In this document: piece by piece, positions 45,191-55,161 of the stretch | How positions within the stretch are numbered: the first letter of the stretch is position 1 | Layout of the letters: each line of letters opens with the position of its first letter | Assembly (NCBI GenBank): GCA_016219865.1 | Contig: JACRKF010000014.1 | Span: 1 to 55,161 of the forward strand | From: Candidatus Woesearchaeota archaeon | GTDB lineage: Archaea > Nanobdellota > Nanobdellia > Woesearchaeales > DSVV01 | Length of the DNA: 55,161 bases | Reading direction: 5' to 3' | Translations under genes and position numbers: made by a program | Notes under the pieces: generated by a model | What the model saw: the letters and a program-made list of their open reading frames with translations, nothing else | Database searches by the model: none | What the model was told of the DNA's origin: nothing

Positions 45191-45922
45191 TTAATGATGG
45201 CCCCCGCCATGAGCATCATGCCCATCTCCATGACCTTGTTCTTTTTTTTCAGCATATTGATTTAAAAACTGATCCATCAAACCTCTATATGCTTGAATCA
45301 TTTTTCCATGATTTCTTGCATAATATTCTGGTTTCTTAAATTTAGTTCCTTCTGGTGTTAGATGTTTATATTTTTCAAATACTTTTTTTACCAAATCTGT
45401 TTGCGCATCTAAATCATCAGGTGGAACTATACTTAATTGATGTGCAATGTAACTATTATGCGACTGTGCTTCAAATTGATTAGATATAGCAGAAATTACA
45501 TCATCTAGTTTTCCTTCTTTTGCTAGTTTGTATGCATGTTGAAATCCACCTTCTTTTTCGAAAACTGCATCTAATACTTGTCGAGCATGACCAAATGCTT
45601 CTTCTTCTCCTATTTGTCCTTTATACCAATTTTTCCAATGGTGTTGCACATAACCACTTATATGTTTTCTAAACTTGTCATAATCTTTAATCTGCGGATC
45701 TTCAATTTTCCAACTATTTCTTATTTTTCTATGCGGTACAATTACTTTTTCAGTTACTTTTTCAGGATCAAGACCATTTAATATTGTTTCTAGTGGATCA
45801 TGCTGTTCATGTCCATGAGTTCCATGTCCTCCTCCGTGACCATGCGCATCCAAATTTAATATTAAAATAACTATCCCTATCAATAATGCTATTCCTAAAG
45901 AACCTATTATTAACATTTCCAT
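45191..45922 (-). CDS. Hypothetical membrane-anchored protein with His/Gly-rich tracts at both ends
   Basis: 244 aa from ATG 45922 (GAGGT SD upstream). One TM, then HGHGGGHGTHGHEQHD, and a C-terminal GHGDGHDAHGGGHH. The ORF-track extension to 46066 overlaps the divergent gene and has no support. Confidence 0.65.
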   Translation of the reverse strand: MEMLIIGSLGIALLIGIVILILNLDAHGHGGGHGTHGHEQHDPLETILNGLDPEKVTEKVIVPHRKIRNSWKIEDPQIKDYDKFRKHISGYVQHHWKNWYKGQIGEEEAFGHARQVLDAVFEKEGGFQHAYKLAKEGKLDDVISAISNQFEAQSHNSYIAHQLSIVPPDDLDAQTDLVKKVFEKYKHLTPEGTKFKKPEYYARNHGKMIQAYRGLMDQFLNQYAEKKEQGHGDGHDAHGGGHH

Positions 45923-46026
45923 ATTATCAACCTCATTATTTATTTTTATATGATGTAAGATATATGGTAAATATAAATCTATTCTTTTAGATAACTTTAT
46001 ATATTGCAAATGTATACATATGTAAT

Positions 46027-46515
46027 ATGCTGATATCAAATACTTCAACATTAATACTTTTGGCAAAAGTTAATAATCTTAAATTATTTTTAGAAAAATA
46101 TGGCAAGGTTGAGATACCAAATGAAGTGCATATTGAATTAATGGTTAAAAGTTCCCAATATGATACGATGATGATTAGGAAAGAAATTGAATGTAAGAAT
46201 ATTCTAATCATAAAAAATAACGTGAAAAATGTTCAAGAAATATTAGGTGAGTTTAACCTTGATTTAGGAGAAGCTGCAGCTTATATGCTTTATGAAAAGA
46301 ACAAACATAAAGCAATATTAACTGATGATTATGAATTAATTAAGTTATGCAGATTGCAGGAGATTCCATTTTTGTGCGCAATGGCAATAATAGTTAAAAT
46401 GTATGAAGACAAATATCTTTCAAAAGAAGAAGCTGAAACCAAAATAAAACGATTGTATGAGGTAGGAAGATACTCTAAAATGATCAAAGAATATTATCTA
46501 GAAAAGGTGAAGTAA
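46027..46515 (+). CDS. PIN-like (DUF3368-type) putative toxin
   Basis: 162 aa. SNTSTLILLAKV...LGEAAAYMLYEK...AILTDDYELIKLCR matches the DUF3368 pattern. Followed 1 nt later by a UPF0175 gene. Confidence 0.65.
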   Translation: MLISNTSTLILLAKVNNLKLFLEKYGKVEIPNEVHIELMVKSSQYDTMMIRKEIECKNILIIKNNVKNVQEILGEFNLDLGEAAAYMLYEKNKHKAILTDDYELIKLCRLQEIPFLCAMAIIVKMYEDKYLSKEEAETKIKRLYEVGRYSKMIKEYYLEKVK

Positions 46516-46516
46516 T

Positions 46517-46804
46517 ATGGAAATAATATCAGTTAGAATTGATAAGATTCCTCAAATTGATGAGTTCACGAAAGTATTAAATGAAAATAGATCCAGCACT
46601 ATACGAGAGTTATTAGAACATGGAAGAAGAATGAAAGCTTTAGAACTATATAAACAAAAGAAAGTAAGTCTTGGAAAAGCTGCAAAACTTGCTGGGTTAA
46701 CCCTCAGTGAATTCATAGAGCTATTAAAGGAATTTAGCCTTACACTAAATATTGAATTAGATGATGTAAAACAATCATTAGAATACGCTAGAAAATTACT
46801 CTAA
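46517..46804 (+). CDS. UPF0175-family putative antitoxin
   Basis: 95 aa. ALELYKQKKVSLGKAAKLAGLTLSEFIELLKEF is the typical UPF0175 HTH core. AAGGTGAAG SD upstream. Confidence 0.7.
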   Translation: MEIISVRIDKIPQIDEFTKVLNENRSSTIRELLEHGRRMKALELYKQKKVSLGKAAKLAGLTLSEFIELLKEFSLTLNIELDDVKQSLEYARKLL

Positions 46805-46859
46805 ACTATTAACAAATAAAAGATATATTTAAATAATAGTTTGCTTTATACCTACTAAA

Positions 46860-47408
46860 ATGAAAAGCAAAGAAGAAGCAGTACTTGTATTGTTCTTTAA
46901 TGAACCCAGCAAACATTGGCATTTTGAAGAATTATTGAAAGAAGCAAAGATCAGCAGAAAACAATTAGTGCGATGGCTGAAGATATTCAATAAAGATGAT
47001 CTGATTATAAGAGTAAAAGAAAAAGGAAAAATGCCTTATTATAGGGGAAACTATGATAACCCGGAATATCAAAATAAAAAGAAAGTTTATGCTTATGATA
47101 CGCTCTACAAAACAGGTTTTCTTAATCATCTTATTAATTTGCCAAAAGCAAAAACAATTATTATCTTTGGAAGCTTTTGCAGATGGGATTGGCATAAAGA
47201 AAGTGATATTGACTTATTTGTTTTTGGTGATCCAGATGATCTTGAACTCTATAAATATGAATCATTGTTAGGAAGAGAGATACAATTATTTTCATGTAAA
47301 GATACTGCTGATTTAAAGAAATATTCAGAAGCTTTAATTAGAAATATCATCAAAGGCAATTTTATTAAGGGAAATCTCAATTTTTTAAGGGTGAACATAA
47401 ATTATTGA
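46860..47408 (+). CDS. Nucleotidyltransferase-domain (MNT-type) protein with N-terminal wHTH
   Basis: 182 aa. IIIFGSFCRWDWHKESDIDLFVFGD fits the minimal NTase motif GSx(n)DxD. Confidence 0.7.
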   Translation: MKSKEEAVLVLFFNEPSKHWHFEELLKEAKISRKQLVRWLKIFNKDDLIIRVKEKGKMPYYRGNYDNPEYQNKKKVYAYDTLYKTGFLNHLINLPKAKTIIIFGSFCRWDWHKESDIDLFVFGDPDDLELYKYESLLGREIQLFSCKDTADLKKYSEALIRNIIKGNFIKGNLNFLRVNINY

Positions 47409-47499
47409 ACAAAGATCAACAAAAGAAGTTTTAGAAAAATGTAATATTAATGGTCAGATATTACCTCTTGCTGAAACAGATATTGGGCTGGTAAAAACA

Positions 47500-47877
47500 A
47501 TGATTGAACTTTCAACTGGCGACCAAGAAGTTGCTGCTAAAATAAAGAAAGATCTTCATAAAGAGAGTATAATCTGGAATAATGTCTATTGCTGTTATTA
47601 TGATGCTTTGCATAAACTAGTTGAAGCATATTTGATGTTTGATAAAATAACTTCTTTAAATCATCTTTGTTTATTTGCATATCTTTGTGAGAAACATAAA
47701 GAACTTGAATTGGATTGGAACTTCTTTGAAAGAATAAGAACAAAAAGAAACGGAATTAACTATTATGGTCAAAAGGTAACCTATGATAATCTAAAATCAA
47801 TAGAAATACAAGTCAAGTTATACATCTCTCTTCTAGAAAAAGAAATAACTAAGAAAATTAATCAATTTAATGACTAA
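47500..47877 (+). CDS. HEPN-domain protein (partner of the MNT gene)
   Basis: 125 aa from ATG 47500. All-helical, with RTKRNGINYYG at the position of the HEPN Rx4-6H motif (Tyr at the His position). The frame is open back to 47401, where ATT follows a GGTGA SD by 6 nt and overlaps the upstream stop (ATTATTGA). Confidence 0.6.
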   Translation: MIELSTGDQEVAAKIKKDLHKESIIWNNVYCCYYDALHKLVEAYLMFDKITSLNHLCLFAYLCEKHKELELDWNFFERIRTKRNGINYYGQKVTYDNLKSIEIQVKLYISLLEKEITKKINQFND

Positions 47878-47901
47878 GCTTTTTTCTCTATTCACAAAAT
47901 T

Positions 47902-48624
47902 TTATCCATATACTTCCTTCTTAATCTTCTCTTTATCAATCCCTAATTCTATCAGCAAAGTTTCCATTGCATTTACAAATTCCGGAGGACCGCAGAGAAA
48001 GTAATATGGTTTTTTTATATCTGCAATGCATTCTTGTAAAAACGTTGCATCTATCCTGCCTGTATGTCCTGTCCATTGCCTGAATTTTTCCATCTCTTCA
48101 GGTCGTGTGATTGTTAATTGCAGTGAAAAGTTTTGCATCTCATCATTCATCTCAAGCAGTTCTTTCTTGAAAATAATGTCATCAGGTGTTTTGTTTGAAT
48201 AGATGAGTGTTGCTTTTGTCTCTAGTTCTTTGTCTTGAATATATTGCACAATGCAGCGCAATGGTGATATTCCTGAGCCAGCGCCAATCAATACTATTTC
48301 TTGCATCTCTTTTTCATTGAATGTAAAGTGACCAAATGGGCCTGTAATATCAAATTCTTGTCCAACTTCTGTGTCTTGCAGTTGTTTTGAGATAAATCCA
48401 TTAGGCATAGCTTTGACTGTTAAATCTAAGTAATCTTTTGCGGGAGAAGAAGCTACTGAATAAGAACGTTTGACAACTGTTTGCTTTCCATTTTTCTCAG
48501 TTGGCACAGCTATCATTACAAATTGTCCAGGGATAAAAGAGATACTTTTATCTTTAGAAAATCCAAAACGCAATGTTTTTGTGTCGTGTGTTTCTGTGAT
48601 TACTTCTGTTATTGGCAAAATCAT
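47902..48624 (-). CDS. FNR-like FAD/NAD(P)-binding oxidoreductase (PyrK / ferredoxin-reductase type)
   Basis: 240 aa from ATG 48624 with RSYSVAS (RxYS FAD motif) and GAGSGISP (NAD(P) motif). The ORF-track extension to 48699 crosses the TATA box. Confidence 0.75.
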   Translation of the reverse strand: MILPITEVITETHDTKTLRFGFSKDKSISFIPGQFVMIAVPTEKNGKQTVVKRSYSVASSPAKDYLDLTVKAMPNGFISKQLQDTEVGQEFDITGPFGHFTFNEKEMQEIVLIGAGSGISPLRCIVQYIQDKELETKATLIYSNKTPDDIIFKKELLEMNDEMQNFSLQLTITRPEEMEKFRQWTGHTGRIDATFLQECIADIKKPYYFLCGPPEFVNAMETLLIELGIDKEKIKKEVYG

Positions 48625-48644
48625 TAAGTATGAGGTAATTATGT

Positions 48645-48653
48645 TATATAAAA
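48645..48653 (-). promoter_or_regulatory. TATA-like box for a leaderless FNR-like gene transcript
   Basis: The minus strand reads ttttatata, centred about 25 nt upstream of ATG 48624, with no SD. Confidence 0.4.
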
Positions 48654-48666
48654 AAGTTACTAAATA

Positions 48667-48704
48667 AAAAAGTGATTTTTTCTTTTTGAAAAAAATCACT
48701 TTTT
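48667..48704. promoter_or_regulatory. Perfect 15-bp A/T-rich inverted repeat in the divergent FNR-like/gyrB promoter region
   Basis: aaaaagtgatttttt - ctttttga - aaaaaatcacttttt. Confidence 0.6.
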
Positions 48705-48776
48705 ATAAACGAAAACTATATAAACAATCGCTTCTTTTTGAAACTGGAGAAAGAGGTACATTCTCTCTATTTTTAA

Positions 48777-51491
<2,715 letters not shown>

Positions 51492-51593
51492 GAACTTCTA
51501 TACCATAGTTCCATAAGTGATTTATATGCAGTTCTGATTACTATTCTTAGTTTAGGCTATATCCATCGTCAAAAGAGAGGTGATTTTTTTTAA

Positions 51594-51968
51594 CTAATCT
51601 TCGATAAAGATAACTTTTTCTAATTTCTTAAAATCATTATCACCTGTAATTATCTTTGCATTATGATATTGCGCTGTTGATAATACTATTGCATCTGCCA
51701 TTCCTAGTTTTTTTTCAAATTTGTTTTTTGCAGCATTACACGCAATTTCTGTTGTTAGTTGCACAGTAAAAGCTGTGCTGGTCATGAATTCGATATGGGC
51801 TGTTATTTGTTTTATATTGTTCTTTAATAGAAAATGATACACTTCTGCAATATTTATTGAACTGATAATAATCTCTTCTTCAGAGTCTAAATAAGGAATT
51901 ATTTTTCTCCCATATTGTGTTCCTTTAAAATATTCAATCCATGCCCAGCTATCAATCAAAACGGTCAC
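51594..51968 (-). CDS. vapC: PIN-domain toxin VapC
   Basis: Conserved acidic positions LIDSW, NIAEV, ADAIVL and GDNDF. GTG 51968 chosen by analogy with the other vapBC pair, where the GTG also lies inside the ...SDRF end of vapB. TTG 51983 is an alternative. Confidence 0.8.
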   Translation of the reverse strand: MTVLIDSWAWIEYFKGTQYGRKIIPYLDSEEEIIISSINIAEVYHFLLKNNIKQITAHIEFMTSTAFTVQLTTEIACNAAKNKFEKKLGMADAIVLSTAQYHNAKIITGDNDFKKLEKVIFIED

Positions 51969-52149
51969 TCTTCTCCCTCTCAAATTCTGATCTTATTTCC
52001 TTCAGTGAACCGAAAAGAGATTGCTTTGGTTTTTTCATATGAAGAACAAGTTTCTTTATTACTTCATCATACGTAGTTACCGCTATCTCATCTTTCATAT
52101 GTTTCAATAAGTCTAATGTTTCAGATTTTACAGCAATTGTGGTATTCAT
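51952..52149 (-). CDS. vapB: VapB-type antitoxin
   Basis: 65 aa. MNTTIAVKSETLDLLKHMKDE...TYDEVIKKL...KSDRFD is paralogous to 41198-41401. Confidence 0.7.
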   Translation of the reverse strand: MNTTIAVKSETLDLLKHMKDEIAVTTYDEVIKKLVLHMKKPKQSLFGSLKEIRSEFEREKSDRFD

Positions 52150-52201
52150 TATATCAATATAAGTTATAAGTTATATTTATATTTTGTTGTTTAGTCGGCT
52201 A

Positions 52202-52226
52202 ATGAATGGTTTTTCAAACCATTCAT
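52202..52226. promoter_or_regulatory. Perfect 11-bp inverted repeat in the vapBC/endonuclease-IV-like divergent region
   Basis: atgaatggttt-ttc-aaaccattcat, about 55-75 nt upstream of the vapB start. Candidate VapBC operator. Confidence 0.45.
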
Positions 52227-52277
52227 CTACTGTTTCAATAACAACCTTAATAAATAAAAACGATTCTATCCATTTCT

Positions 52278-53108
52278 ATGCATAAACTCCTCTTTGGAAC
52301 ATCAGGCATCCCTTTGACAACCAATCCAAGAAATACTCTTGAAGGTATCAAACAAGTAAAAAAGCTTGGTTTGGATAATATGGAGATTGAATTTGTCAGA
52401 AATATAAATATCTCAAAAGAAAAAGCTCCAGAAGTTAAGAAAGTAAAAACTGAACATGGTGTAAACTTAACTTGTCATGGACAATATTGGGTTAATCTTA
52501 ATTCTCAAGATAAAGCAACTGTTGAAGCAAGCAAAGAAAGAATAATTGATGCTTGCGCAATTGCAGATGCAGCAGGTGTATGGAGCATTTGTTATCACAT
52601 GGCTTATTATATGAAACTTGAGAAAGAAGCTGTTTTTTTGAATGTTAAAACAGCATTAAAAGATGTATTCAAAGAATTGCAGGATAAAGGTATAAATAAA
52701 TTATGGCTGCGTCCTGAAACAGGCGGCAAAATAAATCAGTTTGGTGATGTTGATGAACTTGTTAAATTAAGTCAAGAATTTGAGCAAGTTCAGCCATGCA
52801 TTGATTTTGCTCATCATTTTGCGAGAACACAGGGGAAGTGTAACACTTATCAAGATTGGAGCAAGATTCTAGAAACTATTGAGAAAGGTTTAGGCAGAGA
52901 AGGTTTAGATAACATGCATTGTCATATGGAAGGGATTGTTTATGGCGCTTCTGGGGAAAAGAATCATGTCAATCTAAAAGAATGCGCAATTAATTATCAA
53001 GCTTTGGTTAAAGCTTGGAAAGATTTTAAGATTAAAGGTGTGATTACTTGTGAAAGTCCTAATATTGAAAAAGATGCGTTGTTGCTGAAGAATGTTTATT
53101 GGAAATAA
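52278..53108 (+). CDS. Endonuclease IV-like TIM-barrel protein (AP endonuclease family 2)
   Basis: 276 aa. Ordered motifs CHGQYWVNL, CYHMAYY, RPETGGKINQFG, IDFAHHFA, MHCHMEG, EKNHVNL and ITCES parallel the metal-ligand blocks of endonuclease IV. Confidence 0.65.
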   Translation: MHKLLFGTSGIPLTTNPRNTLEGIKQVKKLGLDNMEIEFVRNINISKEKAPEVKKVKTEHGVNLTCHGQYWVNLNSQDKATVEASKERIIDACAIADAAGVWSICYHMAYYMKLEKEAVFLNVKTALKDVFKELQDKGINKLWLRPETGGKINQFGDVDELVKLSQEFEQVQPCIDFAHHFARTQGKCNTYQDWSKILETIEKGLGREGLDNMHCHMEGIVYGASGEKNHVNLKECAINYQALVKAWKDFKIKGVITCESPNIEKDALLLKNVYWK

Positions 53109-53110
53109 TA

Positions 53111-53142
53111 ATAAATTTGCGAACTGCGTTCAGCAAATTTAT
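53111..53142. terminator. 14-bp hairpin (one bulge) between convergent genes
   Basis: ataaatttgcgaac-tgc-gttc(a)gcaaatttat between stop 53108 and the minus-strand stop at 53142-53144. Confidence 0.4.
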
Positions 53143-54950
53143 CAAAACACTTTTCTAACAGCCATATTATGCGCTTCAATATAATAATCAATAAATCTGT
53201 TCCAGTCTGCTAAGTTAGATAATTCTTTTGCTATTATCTTCTGGGTTACACGTCCTTTTTCGTCAAGTGAACAGTAACTCTCTAATATATTTGTGAATTC
53301 TTTTATTATCTCTTCTTCTGTTTTCTGCATCCGCTGTAAAACAAATATCCCTCCTTCTGTTTTTCTTGTCTTATTAATAAATCTGCCAAAGCCGCCTAAA
53401 TCTGTTGTTAATGAAGGAACACCTAATGCAGCAGATTCTAATGGCGTGTAACCCCATGGTTCATAATAAGAAGGAAATAAACCAAGATGACACCCAGTAA
53501 TTGCTTCATAATATGGGAGATCTATTAATCCATCAACTCCTGAAAGATAAACTGGATAAAAAATAACTTTTACTTTGTCATCTTTTTTGTTATCTAATCC
53601 ATATTCAGAAAAACTTTTGAGAATTATGTCTTGTTGTTCTCCTGCTAAATTATGCGTTGTCAATAATGGAGTTCCTTTTTGCATGAAATGCAATCGCATT
53701 CTTTTCGCTTCAACAAGAAATTCTTCATTAAATATATTCTCTGTCTTGAATGATTCAGATTCATAACACTTGATGTCGCATGACAAAAGATGATGCAGCA
53801 TATTCTTTTGGATAATATGATCATTTTTATGCACAAAGTTTTTCAGACGCAAGTAATTCATCTTGTTCTCAGATAATTCTTGTTTTGCGCTTAATACATC
53901 TCGTGGAATCCAAAAAAAAGTGATGACTGTCTTCTTTGAATTCTGTTTTTTTAGTTGTTCATTGAGTTTAGAGAGTGATTGTATCAGAAGATCAATGCCT
54001 TTATTCTTGAATTCATATCTGCCTACAATGAAAAAAAGCAATGTCTGGTCCAGATCAAAATAATAATGAGAAAAGAAATAATATGCAATGAATTCTCTTA
54101 TCTTTTCTCTGTTTATACGATGCTGCACAGATGTTTCTTCAAATGATGGAAATTTTTCAGCATCTAAACCATTTAGTACAAGCATTTCTGGTTTTCTTCC
54201 ATAAAACTTTTCTGCCTCAAGCGCAGTAATCTCTGAAACTGTTGTAAATACATCGCATGCAGTTGCAGCAGCAACTTCTGTGAGATGTTTATCTTGGATG
54301 CCATAGTTGTATGCTTCTTTTATTGGATCAATTTTTGGAAGTATATCATATAATGGCTTGTTTGCAGCGCTTATCATTCTGCCAAGCATTGTTGCATGAG
54401 TTGTGAAGATAGTTGCTACTTTGCATTTTGCAGACTTAATTAATAAAATGCTAAATGCAGAAAGCCATTCATGCGCATGAAGAATAATCTTTTGTTGAGC
54501 ATTATTATCTTGATTTTTTTGATATAACTCCACAAATTTTCCAGCAGCTGTTGAAAATAATAATGGCTCATCAAATTCATTGTTGCTTGCTAGAGAATCT
54601 ATCTTGTATTCTTCCCAATACTTTTTTTTAAGGTCATTTTTTGCATAATTAAAATTGCAATAATCAATCAAGATAACATTTGGCAATCCTTTAATTTGCC
54701 ACTTGCCAAAATGGCATTGAATTCCTTCTTTTTTCAGCTGATCAAATATCTTTAAAAATTCAGCAGGTGTTTCTTCTTCAGTAAATTCGTCCTCTGAGTT
54801 CTTAGTATTGTATGGCCCAATTAGAAAATAGTTCTTGTACTTCTGTTTCATAAGATCTGCTTTTGAAGAAACAACTGTGTATATTCCTCCGACTTTATTG
54901 CACACTTCCCAGGAGACTTCAAAGAGAGTATCAGCATTTGCAGCAAGCAT
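53142..54950 (-). CDS. Eukaryote-type (GT3 family) glycogen synthase-like glycosyltransferase
   Basis: 602 aa. FEVSWEVCNKVGGIYTVV, HAHEWLSAF...IFTTHATMLGR, DVFTTVSEITALEAE, FFIVGRYEFKNKGIDL and GCHLGLFPSYYEPWGYTPLESAALGVPS closely track the fungal and animal glycogen synthase blocks. Confidence 0.85.
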   Translation of the reverse strand: MLAANADTLFEVSWEVCNKVGGIYTVVSSKADLMKQKYKNYFLIGPYNTKNSEDEFTEEETPAEFLKIFDQLKKEGIQCHFGKWQIKGLPNVILIDYCNFNYAKNDLKKKYWEEYKIDSLASNNEFDEPLLFSTAAGKFVELYQKNQDNNAQQKIILHAHEWLSAFSILLIKSAKCKVATIFTTHATMLGRMISAANKPLYDILPKIDPIKEAYNYGIQDKHLTEVAAATACDVFTTVSEITALEAEKFYGRKPEMLVLNGLDAEKFPSFEETSVQHRINREKIREFIAYYFFSHYYFDLDQTLLFFIVGRYEFKNKGIDLLIQSLSKLNEQLKKQNSKKTVITFFWIPRDVLSAKQELSENKMNYLRLKNFVHKNDHIIQKNMLHHLLSCDIKCYESESFKTENIFNEEFLVEAKRMRLHFMQKGTPLLTTHNLAGEQQDIILKSFSEYGLDNKKDDKVKVIFYPVYLSGVDGLIDLPYYEAITGCHLGLFPSYYEPWGYTPLESAALGVPSLTTDLGGFGRFINKTRKTEGGIFVLQRMQKTEEEIIKEFTNILESYCSLDEKGRVTQKIIAKELSNLADWNRFIDYYIEAHNMAVRKVF

Positions 54951-55092
54951 AAGGAAATTATTGTTTTGGTTTATTTAATAGTTTGTGAGTACTTTTAAAT
55001 AGTCATTATAGTTGGGTGAGTGGGGTGCGACTAGTTCTTTTAGGTAACTTCTAGTAATTCTGCTAGTTATTTAACGATAGAAAAGCGAAAAC

Positions 55093-55126
55093 TTTATATA
55101 TTAGTATCTAGTTATATAACTAGATA
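55093..55126 (+). promoter_or_regulatory. TATA-like box followed by a 22-bp perfect palindrome
   Basis: aaaacTTTATATAtt, then tatctagttat|ataactagata (55105-55126), then GAGGTGA SD at 55132-55138. The downstream gene is cut by the window end. Confidence 0.45.
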
Positions 55127-55161
55127 TTAGTGAGGTGATATCTATCGGATTTAAAACAAGA

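Noticed and set aside
55016-55042. Locally GC-richer patch (gttgggtgagtggggtgcgactag) upstream of the glycogen-synthase gene, considered as a possible small structured RNA or tRNA fragment.
   Set aside because: Too short, with no cloverleaf, T-loop or C/D-box features. No tRNA, rRNA or SRP RNA-like segment was recognised anywhere in the window.

Overview
AT-rich (roughly one-third G+C by eye, not computed) archaeal chromosome segment. Archaeal origin is supported by a prefoldin-alpha/ftsY pair, BRE/TATA-like promoters, two inteins and pilin-like class-III signal peptides. A DPANN-type small-genome archaeon is my inference, not shown. About 40 genes in four blocks. (1) 0-4 kb: hupE, pfdA-ftsY and a DUF2062 gene, bracketed by a composite direct repeat. 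(2) 4-14 kb: a co-directional Bat-like operon with two membrane VWA proteins, several small membrane, coiled-coil and Cys-rich proteins, and a MoxR AAA+ ATPase interrupted by a 523-aa LAGLIDADG intein. (3) 14-39 kb: an island almost entirely devoted to very large secreted proteins built from duplicated modules. One module, present twice, is a pilin-signal protein of 650-730 aa followed by a giant Cys-rich Ig/FN3 protein of 1181 or 2007 aa. The other, present in tandem twice, is an AlbA_2/HATPase_c_4 regulator followed by a secreted protein with a variable N-terminus and a conserved 9-Cys C-terminal domain. I could assign none of these secreted families to a characterised family, and this island is my best candidate for an undescribed cell-surface or host-interaction system. 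(4) 39-55 kb: an accessory and housekeeping mix. It holds a secreted Zn-phospholipase-C-like protein, four toxin-antitoxin pairs, two orphan AAA+ ATPases, a three-gene operon of unknown function with His-rich paralogs, an FNR-like oxidoreductase, gyrB with a 217-aa mini-intein and no adjacent gyrA, an endonuclease-IV-like gene and a eukaryote-type (GT3) glycogen synthase. No tRNA, rRNA or CRISPR array was recognised. A cross-cutting oddity: several genes have a good Shine-Dalgarno motif followed by ATC or ATT rather than ATG/GTG/TTG.
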